The translations under genes and the position numbers were made by a program. The notes beneath the pieces were generated by a model, which saw only the letters and a list, made by a program, of their open reading frames with translations, made no database searches and was not told where the DNA came from. Positions 40,743-49,867 of a DNA stretch of 53,928 nt are shown here, piece after piece (the first letter of the stretch is position 1; each line of letters begins with the position of its first letter). Source of the DNA: Candidatus Hydrogenedentota bacterium (GTDB taxonomy: Bacteria; Hydrogenedentota; Hydrogenedentia; Hydrogenedentales; SLHB01); the NCBI GenBank assembly GCA_045863335.1, contig BTVY01000029.1, positions 30,997-84,924 on the forward strand. Reading direction: 5' to 3'.

Positions 40743-40993
40743 ATGAAATCCATAACCTCCGGAAATGATGCAACTTTTCGCAGAGTTTCAGTATATAGTA
40801 TGCAGGTACTGGTTGATCCGTTTGGGGAAAGCTGCAAGCGAACGAGGGTGTCGATCATATCTAAGCGGCTAGCTTCATGTGATTTATGCCGTTTCTCCGC
40901 TGAAAGTTCCGTCTGAGGGGACTTCCATCCTTGCGCGATCCCAGCAGCGACCGCATGATTATGGCGTAATGCCTTGAAAAGGGAGGACTTGAC

Positions 40994-42328
40994 GTGGCGG
41001 ACTCGAAGCATGAGCGACACCAGGGATGCCAGGGCTATCACCAATTCCAACGGATGCAACGCCGCGAATTTCTGAAAGTAGGCGTGATTTCCGGCCTCGG
41101 GTTGACGCTCGGCGACTATTTCCGGGCCTTGGACGCCAGTGGGCAGGAAGCGGAGAATAGCGCCAAAGCCCAGTCCGTCATTTTCATCTATCTCGCCGGC
41201 GGAATGAGCCACGTCGATACCTTCGATCCGAAACCTTATGCGCCCGTCGAATATCGGGGAGAATTGGGGACGGTCAATACGAACACGGGTGACGTGTTCG
41301 GCGGGTTGATGAAGAACATGGCCAATTGTGCCGACAAGCTTTGCGTACTTCGTTCCGTGACCCACGGCGAAGCTGCTCACGAGCGCGGCACCCATAACAT
41401 GCTGACCGGATACCGGCCCAGCCCCGCGATCGTGTACCCCAGTATCGGTTCGGTCGTGGCCCACGAGTATGGTCCGCGGAATGACCTTCCGCCGTATATT
41501 GCCATCCCCGGCGCCGGCGACCCCTTCATGGGCACGGGTTATCTCAGTTCGGCGTATGGCCCGTTCAGTGTCGGTGGAGAGCCGTCAGCGAAAAATTTCC
41601 AGGTGCGCGACTTGAACCTTCCGGAAGGCGTCGATCCTGCCCGCATGGAGGCCCGGAAGTCGCTGTTGGCCACGGTTGACAGCCATTTTAAGGAACTGGA
41701 AAGCGGCGACTCCCTCGACGCCATGGACAGTTATTATCAGCGCGCCTACGCGCTTATCAGTTCTCAGTCCGCGCGCGAGGCGTTTAATGTGGCCGCAGAA
41801 CCGGACGAGATCAAAGACCGCTATGGGCGCAACGCCATGGGGCAGCGGTTGTTACTTTCCCGCCGGCTCGTGGAAGCAGGCGCGCGGTTTGTCAGCGTCA
41901 TTGACGGCGGCTGGGACCATCATGAGAAGATCAAAGCCGCCATGGAAGGCCGCGTGCCGCCGCTCGATCAGGGGGTGGCGACGCTCATCGCCGACCTCGA
42001 TAGCCGCGGTCTGCTGGGAAAGACGATGGTTGTTTTGTCGACCGAATTCGGCCGGACCGTCCGGATCAACAAGGACGGCGGCCGCGACCATTGGCCCAAG
42101 GCTTTCAGCGTCGTGCTGGCTGGCGGCGGCGTCAAAGGCGGGGTGATTCACGGCAAAACCGACGCGTATGGTTCCGAACCGACAGATTCCCCCGTGGGTC
42201 CCGGCGATATCGCGGCGACCATCTTTTCGCAGTTGGGCATCGACCCGACACGTAAACTGATGAGCCCGGGCGACCGGCCCATCGACATCGTTCGCGGCGG
42301 CGATCCCATCGCAAACGTCATTGCCTGA
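40994..42328 (+). CDS. DUF1501 family protein, Tat-exported
   Basis: QRREFLKVG twin-arginine signal, GGMSHVDTFDPKP, GWDHH, EFGRT, GRDHW, GGGVKGG. Confidence 0.9.
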   Translation: MADSKHERHQGCQGYHQFQRMQRREFLKVGVISGLGLTLGDYFRALDASGQEAENSAKAQSVIFIYLAGGMSHVDTFDPKPYAPVEYRGELGTVNTNTGDVFGGLMKNMANCADKLCVLRSVTHGEAAHERGTHNMLTGYRPSPAIVYPSIGSVVAHEYGPRNDLPPYIAIPGAGDPFMGTGYLSSAYGPFSVGGEPSAKNFQVRDLNLPEGVDPARMEARKSLLATVDSHFKELESGDSLDAMDSYYQRAYALISSQSAREAFNVAAEPDEIKDRYGRNAMGQRLLLSRRLVEAGARFVSVIDGGWDHHEKIKAAMEGRVPPLDQGVATLIADLDSRGLLGKTMVVLSTEFGRTVRINKDGGRDHWPKAFSVVLAGGGVKGGVIHGKTDAYGSEPTDSPVGPGDIAATIFSQLGIDPTRKLMSPGDRPIDIVRGGDPIANVIA

Positions 42329-42360
42329 TCCGATTTCATTAGAAACGACGCGGGGACACG

Positions 42361-44718
42361 ATGTATCGAAGTAGTTTGGCTATAGCGATTATGTTCCTGA
42401 CGGCTGGCGCGGTTGCGTCCGCGGCGGTTCCCTCCTTGGGGGATATCGTACCGCGCGGCGCATCCCGTGGTGGCCAAGCGGAGGTCGAGTTCCAGGGGTC
42501 GAATCTGAAGGACGCTGTGGACCTCATGTTCCATGACCCGGGCATTTCCCTGGCCGAGCTCACGCAGGTGGACGACGGCAAAGTGAAATGCAAGCTGGAT
42601 ATCGCAGCGGACTGCCGGCTCGGTACCCATGCGATTCGCATACGCACGCGTGGCGGCGTTTCCAATCTGAAGCTGTTCAGTGTTGGAACCTTGACCGAAA
42701 TCAATGAAGATGAGTCGACTAACAACGATGCGGCTACCGCAGCAGCCATTCCCGTAGGGACCACCGTTAACGGTGTAATCGGCGGAGAAGACGTGGATTA
42801 CTTTGCCGTCGAACTGGCTGAAGGTGCCAGGTTGGCTGCTGAAGTGGAAGCCATGCGGCTTGGCGGTCCTCTATTTGATGCGAAACTGCGCTTGTTCAGT
42901 CCGTCCGGCCATGAGATTATCGCGGAAGACGACACGGCCTTGCTCAAGCAGGACGCGGCGTTCGTGTACACGGGCGGCGAAGCCGGGCGCTATGTCGTCG
43001 CCGTGAGCGAGTCGGCCTACGGTGGAGGCGGCGGTTATCACTACCGGCTGCACGTCGGGCAGTTTCCCCGGCCGATGATGGTGTCGCCCCTGGGCGCGGC
43101 CCCGGGCGCGGAAGTAAACGTGTCGTGGCTCGGCGATCCCGTGCTCGCGGCGCAGACTGTGACCGCGCCGGCCGCTGAGTTCGGCACGGCCTTGCTGCAA
43201 CCGGCCAGCGACGCGGGGACGGCGCCCTCTCAGATTCCGTTCCGTATAAACGACCTTCCCAACATCGTGGAAACCGAACCCAACAATGCGCCCGATCAGG
43301 CAACCGCCGGTCAGGCGCCAGGCGCGTTTAATGGCGTGCTCGCGGAGCCCGGTGATGCGGACTGGTTTTCCTTCGAGGGCAAAAAGGATCAGGTCTACGA
43401 CGTCCGCGTGTTCGCGCGCGAATTGGGCTCGCCCTTGGATAGCGTGCTTGTTATCAATAACCCGTCCGGGAGTCAGCTGGCAGCCAACGACGACGGCGCG
43501 GGCGTGGATAGTCTCGCCCGGATTACCCTGGCGGAAGACGGCGTGCACACCGTGCGCGTCACCGATCATCTGAGCGGCGGCGGGGCCACCTTCGCGTATC
43601 GCGTGGAAGTCGCGCCCGTACAGCCTCGCCTGAAATTCGGGTTCATCGAGAACGACGCCGCTCATATGAACGTGCCTGCGGGGAATCGCGCGTTTACGAT
43701 TGTTTCGGCGACGCGAGCCGACTTTGATGGACCGCTTACGATCGGTGTGGATGGATTGCCGGAAGGGCTGACCGCCGACATGGATGAATTCCCGGCGGGC
43801 CAGCCGACGATGCCGATGGTGATTGAAGCGACTCCGGAAGCACCGGTGGCCGGCGGCCTGCTCGCATTCAATGGAAGCCTGAATCAGGAAGGCGCGGATG
43901 TGAAGGGCGGCATCAACTACGATGTCGAGTTGATTCACGGGAACAACAAGGTCGTGTTCTGGGCGCGTCCTGTTGAGCGTCTTGCGCTCGCCGTCACCGA
44001 TGCGATCCCTTTCAAGATCGATCTGGTCGTCCCCAAAGCGCCCATCGTGCAGAACGGATCGCGGCAGTTGAAGGTGGTGGCGACGCGTGCCGAGGGATTC
44101 AATGAGAAGATAACGTTGCGCATTCCGTGGCTTCCGCCGGGACTCGGCGCCGGTACGGCGGAGATTCCGCCGGATGCAACGGAAACGACTATCCTTATCA
44201 ATGCCAACAACAATGCTCCCGCAGGCACGCGCCGGCTCGCCGTAGTCGGTTCGAGCGCAGGTTACACCGTGAGCACGGCGTTGACGCCTGTCACCATTGA
44301 AGCCCCCTGGGTCACCTTTGAAGTGACGAAGGCCGAGACCGAGCAGGGCAAGCCGACGGAACTGGTGGTGAACGTCGCCGAAGCCCAGGCGTACGAAGGC
44401 ACATTCAAGGCGGAATTGCTCGGGTTGCCGAAAGGCGTAACCGCGGCCCCGCAGGATCTCGCCGCCGGCACGACGGCGCTGAAGTTTCCCATCGAAGTGG
44501 CAGCGGATGCGCCGGATGGAAAATTCGAGAATCTCTTCGTCCGGACCACGCTGGTCAAAGAGGGCGAGGATGTATTGCATCAGTCCGGTGGTGGAAGCCT
44601 TGTTATCTACAAACCCTTGCCGCCGGAGTTGAAAGAGGCCGCGCCGCCTCCGCCCAAGCCGGAGGAGAAGAAACCGGACGAACCCGCGCGGAAGACGCGT
44701 TTCCCAACCACGACGTAA
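42361..44718 (+). CDS. Secreted PPC (pre-peptidase C-terminal)-domain protein
   Basis: Signal peptide, GEDVDYF, ETEPNN, DADWFSF, GSPLDS; repeated beta-sandwich domains. Confidence 0.8.
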   Translation: MYRSSLAIAIMFLTAGAVASAAVPSLGDIVPRGASRGGQAEVEFQGSNLKDAVDLMFHDPGISLAELTQVDDGKVKCKLDIAADCRLGTHAIRIRTRGGVSNLKLFSVGTLTEINEDESTNNDAATAAAIPVGTTVNGVIGGEDVDYFAVELAEGARLAAEVEAMRLGGPLFDAKLRLFSPSGHEIIAEDDTALLKQDAAFVYTGGEAGRYVVAVSESAYGGGGGYHYRLHVGQFPRPMMVSPLGAAPGAEVNVSWLGDPVLAAQTVTAPAAEFGTALLQPASDAGTAPSQIPFRINDLPNIVETEPNNAPDQATAGQAPGAFNGVLAEPGDADWFSFEGKKDQVYDVRVFARELGSPLDSVLVINNPSGSQLAANDDGAGVDSLARITLAEDGVHTVRVTDHLSGGGATFAYRVEVAPVQPRLKFGFIENDAAHMNVPAGNRAFTIVSATRADFDGPLTIGVDGLPEGLTADMDEFPAGQPTMPMVIEATPEAPVAGGLLAFNGSLNQEGADVKGGINYDVELIHGNNKVVFWARPVERLALAVTDAIPFKIDLVVPKAPIVQNGSRQLKVVATRAEGFNEKITLRIPWLPPGLGAGTAEIPPDATETTILINANNNAPAGTRRLAVVGSSAGYTVSTALTPVTIEAPWVTFEVTKAETEQGKPTELVVNVAEAQAYEGTFKAELLGLPKGVTAAPQDLAAGTTALKFPIEVAADAPDGKFENLFVRTTLVKEGEDVLHQSGGGSLVIYKPLPPELKEAAPPPPKPEEKKPDEPARKTRFPTTT

Positions 44719-44774
44719 ACCCGGCGGCTGGATTCAGGCAAATCGCAACGACAACGAAGAGGTCGAGCGTTACG

Positions 44775-47225
44775 ATGCGGATCGATAGACGAACAAACGT
44801 GAGCACATTCGCGATGTTGGCTGTTGCATTGGCAATAGCCGCACCGTTCGCGATGGCCGATACCTTCACTGTTTTCCCTGCCAACGTGCAGTTGGACAAC
44901 CAGCGCGACGTACAGCGAATCGCGGCCGTAGCGACGCGCGATGACGGAGTGACCCTCGATCGCACCCCGGAAGTCTCCGTAACGTTTGCCCAGGAAGGGA
45001 TCGCCGCGTGGGATGCGGAAACCCGTGAGTTCCGGCCGGTCGCGGACGGAGAAACGACCGCGACGATAGCTGTCGGCGATCTTACGGCGACCATTCCGGT
45101 GAACGTGCAGAACGCGGGTGTCAATCCGTCGCCCAGTTTTCGCAATGATATCGAACCTGCTCTCATGAAGGCGGGCTGCAACTCGGGCGCTTGTCACGGC
45201 AGCGCACAAGGCAAGAACGGGTTCCGCGTAAGTCTGTTCGGGTTCGACCCGTCCATGGACTACATCAACCTCACGCGCGACAACCGGGCGCGGCGGCTCA
45301 ACGCGGGCAGCCCGGACGACAGCCTGATGTTGACGAAGGCGACTGGCCAGGTGGACCACGAAGGCGGCGAACGCTTTGAAGAAAGCAGCGCGTTGTACGC
45401 AACGATTCATCGGTGGATCGCCGACGGCGCGAAGAATGACCCGGGGGAACCTCCGGCCTTGACCGGTGTTGAGATCTTGCCCAAGGCCTCGGTTCTCGAA
45501 GGGACCGGCGCACAGCAGCGCTACGTCGTGCGCGCGACGTACGCTGACGGAACCGATCGCGACGTGACCAGTCTCGCGATCATGAGTTCCAGCGATGAAC
45601 TGACCGTTGGCTTCGATCCGGAGAAAGGCGTTGCGACGGCCGGCGAGCGGGGCGAGGCTTACGTGATGGCCCGGTTCGGCACCTTCGCCGTCGTGTCCCA
45701 GGTGATCGTCCTTCCGCAGGGGCTGACCATGGAATGGCCGCAGGACGCCGTCCCCGCGAACTTCATCGACGAATTGATATTCGACAAGCTCAAGAAGCTT
45801 CGCATCCCGCCCGCGACCCGCTGCTCGGACGAAGTGTTCGTGCGGCGCGTGTATCTTGACGTGCTCGGTGTGCTCCCAACCGTGGAAGAGACGCAGGCAT
45901 TTCTGGCCGACGAAGGCGCGGACAAGCGCGAGCGGCTCGTCGACGCGCTGTTGCAGCGGCCCGAGTTCACCGAACTCTGGTCCATGAAGTGGGCGGATCT
46001 GCTTCGCGTTCAGACGGCCGCGAATGTGATCGATCGAAAGGCGTTGCACCGGTACAACGATTGGTTGCGTCAGTCCTTCACGCAAAACAAACCGCTGGAC
46101 CAGCTTGTACGTGAACTACTGACCGCCCAGGGCGGGAACTTCACTTCGCCCGCGACCAACTTTTACGTGGCGGAACCGAATCCCACCAAGATGGCCGAGA
46201 ACGTGGCACAGGTGTTCCTGGGCATTCAGTTGCAGTGCGCGCAGTGCCACAACCACCCCTTCGAGCGCTGGACGATGGACGACTATTACTCCTTCTCCGC
46301 CTTCTTTGCCCAGGTGGGCCAGAAAGGCTCGACGGATCCGCGAGAGAAGATTATTTTCGACAAGCGCTCCGGAGACGTAAATAACATCAAGGACAACTCC
46401 GTCGCCAAGCCGAAGTTCCTCGGCGGGGAATACCCCGATGTCAGCAACCGGGACCGTCGCGCGGCACTCGCGGAATGGATCACGGCCCCCGACAACCCAT
46501 GGTTTGCCGAGTGCGTAGCAAACCGGGTCTGGGACCAGTTCTTTGGCAGAGGGATAACCGATCCTCCCGACGACGTCCGTGTCACCAATCCGCCGAGCCA
46601 TCCGGAATTGCAGGAGAAACTCGCCGATAAGCTCCAGGAATACGAGTACGATCTTCGGCGTCTGGTGCGGGACATCTGCACGTCGTACACGTACCAGATG
46701 AGCACGCAGCCTCGCGATCCATCTATCAAAGACGAGCGCAACTTCTCCCGCGCGCTGGTCCGGCGGTTGCCGGCGGAAATCCTGCTGGACGCGATCAGCA
46801 AGGTCACGATGAGCAAGGTGAAGTTCCCGAGTCTGCCGCTCGGCGCACGCGCGGTGGAAGTGGCTGACGGCCCGTCGGGCAACTATTTCTTGACCCTGTT
46901 CGGGCGCCCGGCGCGCGACACGGTCTGCGCGTGCGAACGCCGCGCGGAGCCCACGCTGGCACAGGTGCTCCATCTTGTGAACGGCGACACCGTGCAGTCC
47001 GCCCTCAAGGCCAAGGAAGGCCGGTTGGAGCAACTCGTGGCGAGCGAGACGGCTCCGGCGGATGCGATCCACCAACTGTGGCTGGCCGCCTATTCGCGAC
47101 CGCCCACGGACGCGGAGAAGCAGCAAGTCGAGACCTATATCGCATCCGCTGAAGACAAACGAATTGCTCTGGAGGACACATTCTGGAGCGTATTGAATTC
47201 AAAAGAGTTTATTTTCAATCACTAG
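44775..47225 (+). CDS. DUF1549/DUF1553 protein with Ig-like (Big_2) domains and c-type heme motifs
   Basis: Signal peptide, GCNSGACHG, NFIDELI, FVRRVYLD, CAQCHNHPF, NPPSHPEL, LNSKEFIFNH. Confidence 0.88.
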   Translation: MRIDRRTNVSTFAMLAVALAIAAPFAMADTFTVFPANVQLDNQRDVQRIAAVATRDDGVTLDRTPEVSVTFAQEGIAAWDAETREFRPVADGETTATIAVGDLTATIPVNVQNAGVNPSPSFRNDIEPALMKAGCNSGACHGSAQGKNGFRVSLFGFDPSMDYINLTRDNRARRLNAGSPDDSLMLTKATGQVDHEGGERFEESSALYATIHRWIADGAKNDPGEPPALTGVEILPKASVLEGTGAQQRYVVRATYADGTDRDVTSLAIMSSSDELTVGFDPEKGVATAGERGEAYVMARFGTFAVVSQVIVLPQGLTMEWPQDAVPANFIDELIFDKLKKLRIPPATRCSDEVFVRRVYLDVLGVLPTVEETQAFLADEGADKRERLVDALLQRPEFTELWSMKWADLLRVQTAANVIDRKALHRYNDWLRQSFTQNKPLDQLVRELLTAQGGNFTSPATNFYVAEPNPTKMAENVAQVFLGIQLQCAQCHNHPFERWTMDDYYSFSAFFAQVGQKGSTDPREKIIFDKRSGDVNNIKDNSVAKPKFLGGEYPDVSNRDRRAALAEWITAPDNPWFAECVANRVWDQFFGRGITDPPDDVRVTNPPSHPELQEKLADKLQEYEYDLRRLVRDICTSYTYQMSTQPRDPSIKDERNFSRALVRRLPAEILLDAISKVTMSKVKFPSLPLGARAVEVADGPSGNYFLTLFGRPARDTVCACERRAEPTLAQVLHLVNGDTVQSALKAKEGRLEQLVASETAPADAIHQLWLAAYSRPPTDAEKQQVETYIASAEDKRIALEDTFWSVLNSKEFIFNH

Positions 47226-47278
47226 CGGCCGCGCGAGCGACGTCGGCGGTGACAACCCAGGGTAGGAGGTTTGAGTTC

Positions 47279-47770
47279 ATGAGTGAGAATCGACCCTTTC
47301 GCGCATTCCTGGCGTTTGCCTTGATTGCGGGTTCATTCATGGCGGTAGGAGTTTCTGCAATCGCGGAGGAAGCTGCCCCAGCCGCGCCACCGGCCGAAGC
47401 AGCGCCCGCCGAGGCTCCTCCGGCCGAAGCCGCACCTGCCGAGCCAGCGCCCGATCCCGCCGCACAGGCGGATAAGGTGCTCGAGGAATTGGCCAAGCTC
47501 GGTCCCGAAGCGCTGAGCGCGCGCGTGACCGCGTTGCAGGAACAGATGGGTCAGCTTACGGCCGAAGCCCAGCAACTTCGCGAGAAGGCTAACCAGATCG
47601 AAGCGCAGGCGAATGCGCTGAAAGCGCGCATGGCCGCGATGCAGGCGTTTACGGGGGCCATGGCCGCCGCAGCGGCGCTGCCCGCCGAACCACCTGCTGA
47701 AGCGCCTCCAGCCGAAGCGCCGGCCGAGCCCGCGCCCGAGAAGCCGGCCGAGCCCGCTCCCGCTGAGTAA
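47279..47770 (+). CDS. Secreted coiled-coil protein with Pro/Ala/Glu-rich linkers
   Basis: AGGAGG RBS, signal peptide, PAEA repeats flanking a heptad-repeat helix. Confidence 0.7.
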   Translation: MSENRPFRAFLAFALIAGSFMAVGVSAIAEEAAPAAPPAEAAPAEAPPAEAAPAEPAPDPAAQADKVLEELAKLGPEALSARVTALQEQMGQLTAEAQQLREKANQIEAQANALKARMAAMQAFTGAMAAAAALPAEPPAEAPPAEAPAEPAPEKPAEPAPAE

Positions 47771-47796
47771 CTGCAACCGTAAGGAAGCCTGAAGCA

Positions 47797-49635
47797 ATGA
47801 TTGGTATGCAACGCAATTGCCGAATGCGCCTGCAAGGTCTGTCGCTGAATCGCGTCCTGCATCGTCTGTGCAGTTCCGCGCTCATCTTCGCGCTGGTCTT
47901 TGGCGTCGGCACTGTCCCCGTACAATCCGATCCACCCGCGCCCGAAGCGGTGGACGCGGTCATCGACCAGTTGGTCACGCTTGATCCTGCAGTCGTGAAA
48001 GCGCGCATGGACGAGTATCAGAAACAGTCCGACGCCTTGACAGCCGAAGCCAACGGCTTGAAGCAGCAGGCCGACGAGCTGGAAAAGAAGGCGGCCGGTA
48101 TCGGCACGCAACTGGAGCAGATCAAAGCCGCGACGGCCGCGCTCAGCAAAGTTTTCGGCGGCGGCGAGATGGCCATGGCGAAGGCGGAAGCTCCTGCGCC
48201 CGCTCCCGAGGCCGCGCCCGCCATGGAGATGAAGAAGGAAGAGGCCGCAGCTCCCGCGGTCAACTACCAGGATCACATCCTGCCCATATTCAAGCAGCGC
48301 TGCGCCAAGTGTCATAACCTCGACACGCGCCGTAGCGGGCTTGCGTTGGACACGTACATCAATCTCATGGAAGGTGGCAGTTCCGGCGCCGTGATTGCCG
48401 CGGGCCAGGCGGGAGACAGCCGTCTGTACCGCCTTATCAGCGGCGCGGAAGAACCCAAGATGCCGCCGTCCGGCGACCCCTTGACGGCGGAACAGTTGGC
48501 GCTTATCGAGCAGTGGATCAACCTTGGCGCGCCGGCTGACGCCAATGCCAAGGTTGCCATGAAGGCGGAGACGAAAGAAGAAGCGAAGGACATGGCGGTT
48601 TTCGTCGCGGCCGAGATTGTCGATGGCCCGCCGCCCATGCCGGAGGCTCAATTGCCCGCGCCCGCGCCGGAATTGGCGAAGGCCGTGGTTGCGCGCGCCG
48701 TGGCGACGAATCCGCGCTCGCCGTTGGCGGCCGTGGCGGGGTACCGGCAGGTTCTTCTGTATGACCTGACCTCGTACACGCTGCTCGGTGCGCTGCCCTT
48801 CCCTGAAGGCGAAGTCTATTCCATGACCTTCAGTGTGAATGGCGAGGTCCTGGTGGCCGCCGGCGGCATTGAAGGCGACTCCGGCCGCGTTGCCGTGTGG
48901 AACGTCCGCTCGGGCGAGCGCGTCGGCACCTATGGCGAAGAGTACGATTCCATCATGGCCGTGGACATCAGCCCCGACCATCGCATGCTCGCCCTTGGTG
49001 GGCCCAGTAAAGTCGTGAAGGTCTATTCCGTGGAAGACGGCTCGCTCTTGTATCGTATGACCGATCACACGGACTGGATCTACTCCGTGAAATTCAGCCC
49101 GGACGGTGAATTGCTCGCCAGTGCCGATCGCAGTGGCGGGCTGCTCTTGTGGCAGGCAGCCAACGGACGGGCCGTAGAAGCACTGCGCGGGCACAACGGC
49201 GCCGTGAACGATTTGTCGTACAGCGCCGATTCCGTACTCCTTGCTTCCGCGAGCGACGATGGTACTGTGCGCCTCTGGGACACGTGGAAGTACAAACAAG
49301 AGCGCTCGATTAACGCCCATGGTGGCGGCGTGCTCAGCGTGGACTTCAACGCCGCCAACGAGCTGGTCACGACGGGCGTCGACAAACTGACCAAGCGCTG
49401 GGATTCGGCGGGCAAAGAGCTCGCCAAGTACGAGCAGCTGCAGGATTGGGGATACCAGGCCTGCTTCGGCGCAGAAGGCTCGCTGGTGCTTGCCGGAAGC
49501 TGGACCGGGCGTGTGGCCGTTTGGGACGTGGCATCCGGGTCCCAGGTCGCAGAGGTTTCGACCGCGCCGGTCACTGGGGACGCAGCGAAGGTCGCCGCGC
49601 TTCCGAAAGAAGGCGAACCGGCCGGCGGGGCTTAG
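47797..49635 (+). CDS. Coiled-coil + planctomycete-type cytochrome c + WD40 protein
   Basis: CAKCH heme motif, KMPP, multiple WD40 repeats (HTDWIYSVKFSPDG, GHNGAVNDLSYS..VRLWD); exact start uncertain. Confidence 0.85.
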   Translation: MIGMQRNCRMRLQGLSLNRVLHRLCSSALIFALVFGVGTVPVQSDPPAPEAVDAVIDQLVTLDPAVVKARMDEYQKQSDALTAEANGLKQQADELEKKAAGIGTQLEQIKAATAALSKVFGGGEMAMAKAEAPAPAPEAAPAMEMKKEEAAAPAVNYQDHILPIFKQRCAKCHNLDTRRSGLALDTYINLMEGGSSGAVIAAGQAGDSRLYRLISGAEEPKMPPSGDPLTAEQLALIEQWINLGAPADANAKVAMKAETKEEAKDMAVFVAAEIVDGPPPMPEAQLPAPAPELAKAVVARAVATNPRSPLAAVAGYRQVLLYDLTSYTLLGALPFPEGEVYSMTFSVNGEVLVAAGGIEGDSGRVAVWNVRSGERVGTYGEEYDSIMAVDISPDHRMLALGGPSKVVKVYSVEDGSLLYRMTDHTDWIYSVKFSPDGELLASADRSGGLLLWQAANGRAVEALRGHNGAVNDLSYSADSVLLASASDDGTVRLWDTWKYKQERSINAHGGGVLSVDFNAANELVTTGVDKLTKRWDSAGKELAKYEQLQDWGYQACFGAEGSLVLAGSWTGRVAVWDVASGSQVAEVSTAPVTGDAAKVAALPKEGEPAGGA

Positions 49636-49658
49636 GCGCACAAGAAGATTTTCTCTCG

Positions 49659-49705
49659 CAAAACAGGCGGGGCGCTCCACGGTGAGCCGCCCCGCCGTTG
49701 TTTTG
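49659..49705. terminator. Rho-independent terminator, possibly bidirectional
   Basis: CAAAACA-GGCGGGGCG...CGCCCCGCC-GTTGTTTTG after the WD40 gene. Confidence 0.65.
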
Positions 49706-49867
49706 TGGAATGTGGGCCGCAGACCACGAGGCCGGCGAGACCACAGCGACCGCAGGAACGAGGTGTCCCTGACGTCCCTCAGTTCTTCCCGCTCACCAAA
49801 TCCCATTCGGCGTCGTTAACCGGGTAGAGTAGATGTTGAGATACCCGATACGAGGGGACGACGCACG

